This document shows, one piece after another, positions 21,658 to 25,557 of a stretch of 25,557 nucleotides of DNA. The notes beneath the pieces are model-generated. The model did not search any database, had not been told where the DNA came from, and saw only the letters and a program-made list of their open reading frames with translations. A program made the translations under genes and the position numbers. Origin of the DNA: Octopus sinensis. Its lineage: Eukaryota. The stretch's first letter is position 1. Each line of letters begins with the position of its first letter. The stretch is from contig NW_021836049.1 in the NCBI RefSeq assembly GCF_006345805.1, forward strand, positions 1 to 25,557, given 5' to 3'.

Positions 21658-21857
21658 TCACTGCCCGTGGACATATGGCGTATTGGTTAAGAGCGCGGGC
21701 TACTAACACCAAGATTCTGATTCCGATTCCATGCAGTGACCCGAATACTACTACTACTACTACTACTACTACTAATAATAATAATAATAATAATAATATT
21801 AATAATAACATCGAAAAATACCTTAGGAACGAGAACCCAGGTTCGAAATTTCCCCAA

Positions 21858-21908
21858 GACACCTGATGAAGGCTGTGGGGGGTGGGGTATCAGCCGAAAC
21901 GTTGTGTT
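21858..21908 (+). ncRNA. Minimal type I hammerhead-ribozyme-like motif
   Basis: GACAC (helix I) CUGAUGA A GGCUG...CAGCC (helix II) GAAA, palindromic ACGU (helix III), U17, GUGUU (helix I'). Confidence 0.6.
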
Positions 21909-22193
21909 AACAACAAACAAGATGAGGACAAATATCCGTCGAATGTAAATAATGTAAATAATGTAGATCATCAAAATCTTATGTAGTTTCTACATCCTGC
22001 GTAGTATTGCACGCTGTACTCCTCGATAATTTTCAAATTGAGAGCAGGGAATATAAACCTGATTGATTAGGACCGATCTCTGTTTAACCAAAGCAAAAAA
22101 ACAACTTTGTAACAGATTTACAATAGTGAACATAAATTTCATTTTAGTTTAATAACACGTGTATTTGCCAGTAGTTATTTTATAGTTTAATAA

Positions 22194-22513
22194 AGACTCC
22201 GCCGGTTACGACGACGAGGGTCCCAGCTGATACGATCAACGGACAGCTTGCTCGTGAAATTAACGTGCAAATGGCTGAGCATTCCACAGACACGTGTACC
22301 CTTAACGTAGTTCTCGGGATAATCAGCGTGACACAGAGAGTGTGTGACGCTGACCCTTTGAAATACAAGTACAACTCATTTTTGCCAGCTGAGTGGACTG
22401 GAGCAACGTGAAATAAAGTGTCTTGCTCAGGACACAACGCGTCGCCGGGAATCGAACTCACAACCTTACAATCATGAGCCGAATGCCCTAACCACTAAGC
22501 CACTCGCCCTCAC
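22194..22513 (-). mobile_element. SINE family D (B-like head and CORE-like block, family A type 1 tail)
   Basis: A-box TGGCTTAGTGG, B-box GTTCGATTCC; CCTGAGCAAGACACTTTATTTCACGTTGCTCCAG shared with SINE B; tail shared with 20161-20550; TSD ATAGTTTAATAA at 22182-22193 and 22514-22525. Confidence 0.92.
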
Positions 22514-23924
22514 ATAGTTTAATAACCAATATTATGGTCTACATGTCTCCGTGGTTGCTTCCCATACATACTGACGTAGTTATGTTGTGCATTTCTGGAA
22601 TACATTGGGCCACATGTTTACCTGAAGCAAAACGCAAATTGATCAATGATCCTGTTAATCGCGGCCCAGCATTTTAAGATATGGCACTGGTTAGTGTGAG
22701 GATAGGGTCGCAATACATAAAACTTAGATGAGATGACCAGGGTTCGAACAGGTTCGCTTAGGTGTATATTCAACAAAGTCTGACTTGCAGCTAAGCAACG
22801 ACGACAGCGACCAAGGCTACAACAGATACAACAAATCTGAAACCAAGAATATACTAATACAGTTTCCTTTTTTTTCTTCTTATTTCTTGAATTTTTGAAA
22901 CACAGAAAAATACAGGCAAAAAGTCATTTCGATATTTGACTTATTCTCCTAATATACGAGAACGGCATAAACGTTACAACACACAAACTTGGAATTCAAT
23001 AGGCCTGATTAGATAAGTTTATCATGAAAAGAAAAAAAAATTGTTTTTAATATTTAAGGAAGCATTACTCAATAAAAATCGAGAAGTCAATAAGTTTTTA
23101 TCCCATATTTTATCCATGCGTGGGATATATACATATTTCACAGCATATTTTTTTACATTTTTACTAATTTATATATTTTCCTAGTAACTTATCATTCCAC
23201 AACATCATTTTAAAAATAATACATATATAATTATTATTTAACTTATTTTGCTTTTTTTCTCTTTATTTATTTTAATAGTGGCATGTTTTTTAAGTTGTAT
23301 CATTTTCTATTTTTTTACTTTTTATTATTAATGTTATATTATATTTTCATATCGCCATGTTTTTCTCCACGTCTGGTGAATATTCCAGGCTGTCAGCGTT
23401 TCTTTATGTCTCATGCTGCTGTTGGGAGAATTAGCTGTTGTTATTGTTATAATAATTTATCATGTTCAGTGCGGTAACGGTTGTTATTGTGGCTGATGTT
23501 TGTCCATGTTAGTATTATTATATTTGTTGTTGCTGTTGCTGTTGTTGTGCTAGTTGTAGTTGATGATATTTTCGTCGTGTTCTACATGTGCAAGCATTCC
23601 CATACAACATACGATTCTGTGCTTCTAAAAAGAGAAACGCATACACACCTACATGCACAAGTACATACATATGTACACATGCATACACACGAAAATACAA
23701 ACACGCATACACACAAGCACACACACACATACACACACACACACATATGTATGGTTGTGTATGTATATATGTAATATAACTATGTAGATATGTATGTATA
23801 TTCTGTATGCATATATGTGCATACCTATGCAAATATATTCATATACATGTCCGTCTACACACATATATGCATACATGCGCATGTATGTATGTGTGTATAT
23901 ATATTGGGTGGGGGGAGAGACAGA

Positions 23925-23939
23925 TGGACAACAGATAGA

Positions 23940-23971
<32 letters not shown>

Positions 23972-24074
23972 TAGATAGATAGATAGATAGAGATAGATAG
24001 ATAGATAGAAAGATAGATAGATAGATATATAGATAGATAGATAGATAGATAGATAGACAGATATATATATATAT

Positions 24075-24126
<52 letters not shown>

Positions 24127-24165
24127 TAGATAGATAGATAGATAGATAGATAGGTAGGTAGATAG

Positions 24166-24185
<20 letters not shown>
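23925..24185. repeat. (GATA)n / (TA)n / (GA)n compound microsatellite
   Basis: Long GATA and GACA arrays, directly visible. Confidence 0.95.
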
Positions 24186-24198
<13 letters not shown>

Positions 24199-24675
24199 CA
24201 GAGAAAGAGTGAAGTGGGCAAGCGAACGTATAGGTAGATCGGTAAAAGAATGGATGCTAATAAAGATTGATATGAAGACGGACCTGGGAGGAAACAAAGT
24301 TTTCATATACAAACTGAAATATCGATAATACATACTGTGACATTATTCGTATAAACATCCATTGGCTGAAATCCGCTCTAAAACATAGGTACAAACGCAC
24401 AGCTAGATATACCTGCATACATATTCATTCGTACATGTGTGTTTTTGCATGTATTGCAAATTTCTATATTGTTACATAAATGTCCATCCATACGTTTCGT
24501 TATGTAAATATCTAGACACATACTGCCGCATGTTTATATGTTTAAAATTACATAAAATACAAATATTCATCTGACAGTCAGCGATCGTTTCTGAGTTCAT
24601 GACAACATGACTTATATATGCAACAAATATGATTACGAACACCCACAAACACTGACTTATGCATCCAAACACACA

Positions 24676-24710
<35 letters not shown>

Positions 24711-24735
24711 CCACACACCACCCACATATATATAT

Positions 24736-24789
<54 letters not shown>

Positions 24790-24825
24790 ATATAATAAAA
24801 TATTAAAATTACTAAGTCTCTATAA

Positions 24826-24870
24826 TCTGCCTCTGTATCTGTCGGAGTCTCTTTCTCTTGATATATATGT

Positions 24871-24932
<62 letters not shown>

Positions 24933-24943
24933 ATGTATGTATG

Positions 24944-24977
<34 letters not shown>

Positions 24978-25053
24978 ATATATAATATATATATATATAA
25001 TTATATACACACATATATATCAAGAGAAAGAGACTCCGACAGATATAGAGCAG
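24826..25053. repeat. ~44-bp inverted repeats around a (TA)n core
   Basis: TCTGTATCTGTCGGAGTCTCTTTCTCTTGATATATATG (left) is the reverse complement of CATATATATCAAGAGAAAGAGACTCCGACAGATATAGA (right), one mismatch. Confidence 0.9.
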
Positions 25054-25078
25054 CGGAATAAATAGCTAGCTAGGTACA

Positions 25079-25474
25079 TATCAGGCTGAGTAAGAAGTAA
25101 GTAAGCAACGTTTTGAAACATTAAATTCATCAAAAAATATTTCAAAAACCGTGAAAAATTTTATTGATCAAAGTAAGTAAAATTACGATCAACAAATGTT
25201 TGCCAATGGGGGTTACAATTTTGTTTATTCTGCTAATATAAAAGTTCTGGAGTTCTGCAGCTGATGAACTCTTTCAACGCACTTTCAGCATGGGTTTTTT
25301 AATTATTTTTGAACTCCTTCTCTCGCAGGAAACCGTCAAGCTGCTTGAAAACATGGTAGTCGGTAGGAGAAACCTCTGGGGAATAAGCTGAGTAGGGAAG
25401 AACTTCGTAACCAAGTTCCCTCAACTTCTGGAGCGTTATTAATGGTCGAACAATATTATGAAGTATTTTTGACC
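25079..25474 (-). mobile_element. Mariner transposase relic (C-terminal catalytic part and degenerate terminal repeat)
   Basis: Minus strand LHNIVRP.TLQKLRELGYEVLPYSAYSPEVSPTDYHVFKQLDGFL..EF resembles Hsmar1-type HDNARP..YSPDLSPTDYHFFKHLDNFL; TA-TCAGGCTGAG.AAG..AAGTAA at 25079 resembles a mariner TIR. Confidence 0.85.
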
Positions 25475-25557
25475 CTATGAAGAAAGGATGAGGACGCTCG
25501 AACTTTATTCTCTAGAAAAACGCTGCCGCCGTGGTGATCTCATTCTCGCCCACAGCA
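25473..25557 (+). mobile_element. CR1/L2-group LINE fragment abutting the mariner (runs off the window)
   Basis: PYEERMRTLELYSLEKRCRRGDLILAH matches the YEERL..L.LYSLE.RR.RGDLI motif. Confidence 0.75.

Larger units (their letters stand above)
21403..21965. mobile_element. Fold-back tRNA-headed retroelement with Penelope-type tail: inverted 3' part (21403-21665) fused to a head-containing copy (21666-21965)
   Basis: 21439-21665 is the reverse complement of 21731-21965; the loop holds a tRNA-like head (TGGCGTATTGGTTAAGAGCGCGGGCTACTAA...ATTCCGATTCC); trinucleotide (TAA/CTA) arrays in both arms. Confidence 0.88.

Noticed and set aside
21426-21974. ORFs with poly-I, poly-T, poly-N and poly-S tracts
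   Set aside because: Frames run through the trinucleotide arrays of the fold-back element.

Overview
Eukaryotic, AT-rich, repeat-dominated non-coding DNA (intergenic or a large intron). I recognise the SINE families and the (TA)/(CA)/(GATA)/(GGAT) microsatellite load as typical of an Octopus genome; this is pattern recognition, not a database result. No intact protein-coding gene is evident, and nearly all listed ORFs are microsatellite or SINE artefacts. The window holds about 13 tRNA-derived SINE copies built from shuffled head, core and tail modules, many with clear target-site duplications (TSDs). My working labels are A, B, C, D and E. It also holds three CR1/L2-group LINE 3' fragments, two ancient RLE-type (R4/Dong-like) LINE relics, a mariner relic and several fold-back elements. 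Highlights: (1) a tRNA-headed element at 21.4-22.0 kb whose tail carries a minimal hammerhead-ribozyme-like motif of the Penelope type, present as an inverted duplication; (2) a SINE at 7.0-7.6 kb whose head plus local flank was tandemly amplified and reappears 8.5 kb away inside new TSDs; (3) one SINE head joined to four different tails, each with its own TSD; (4) a covarying 3' stem-loop shared by a LINE and a SINE.
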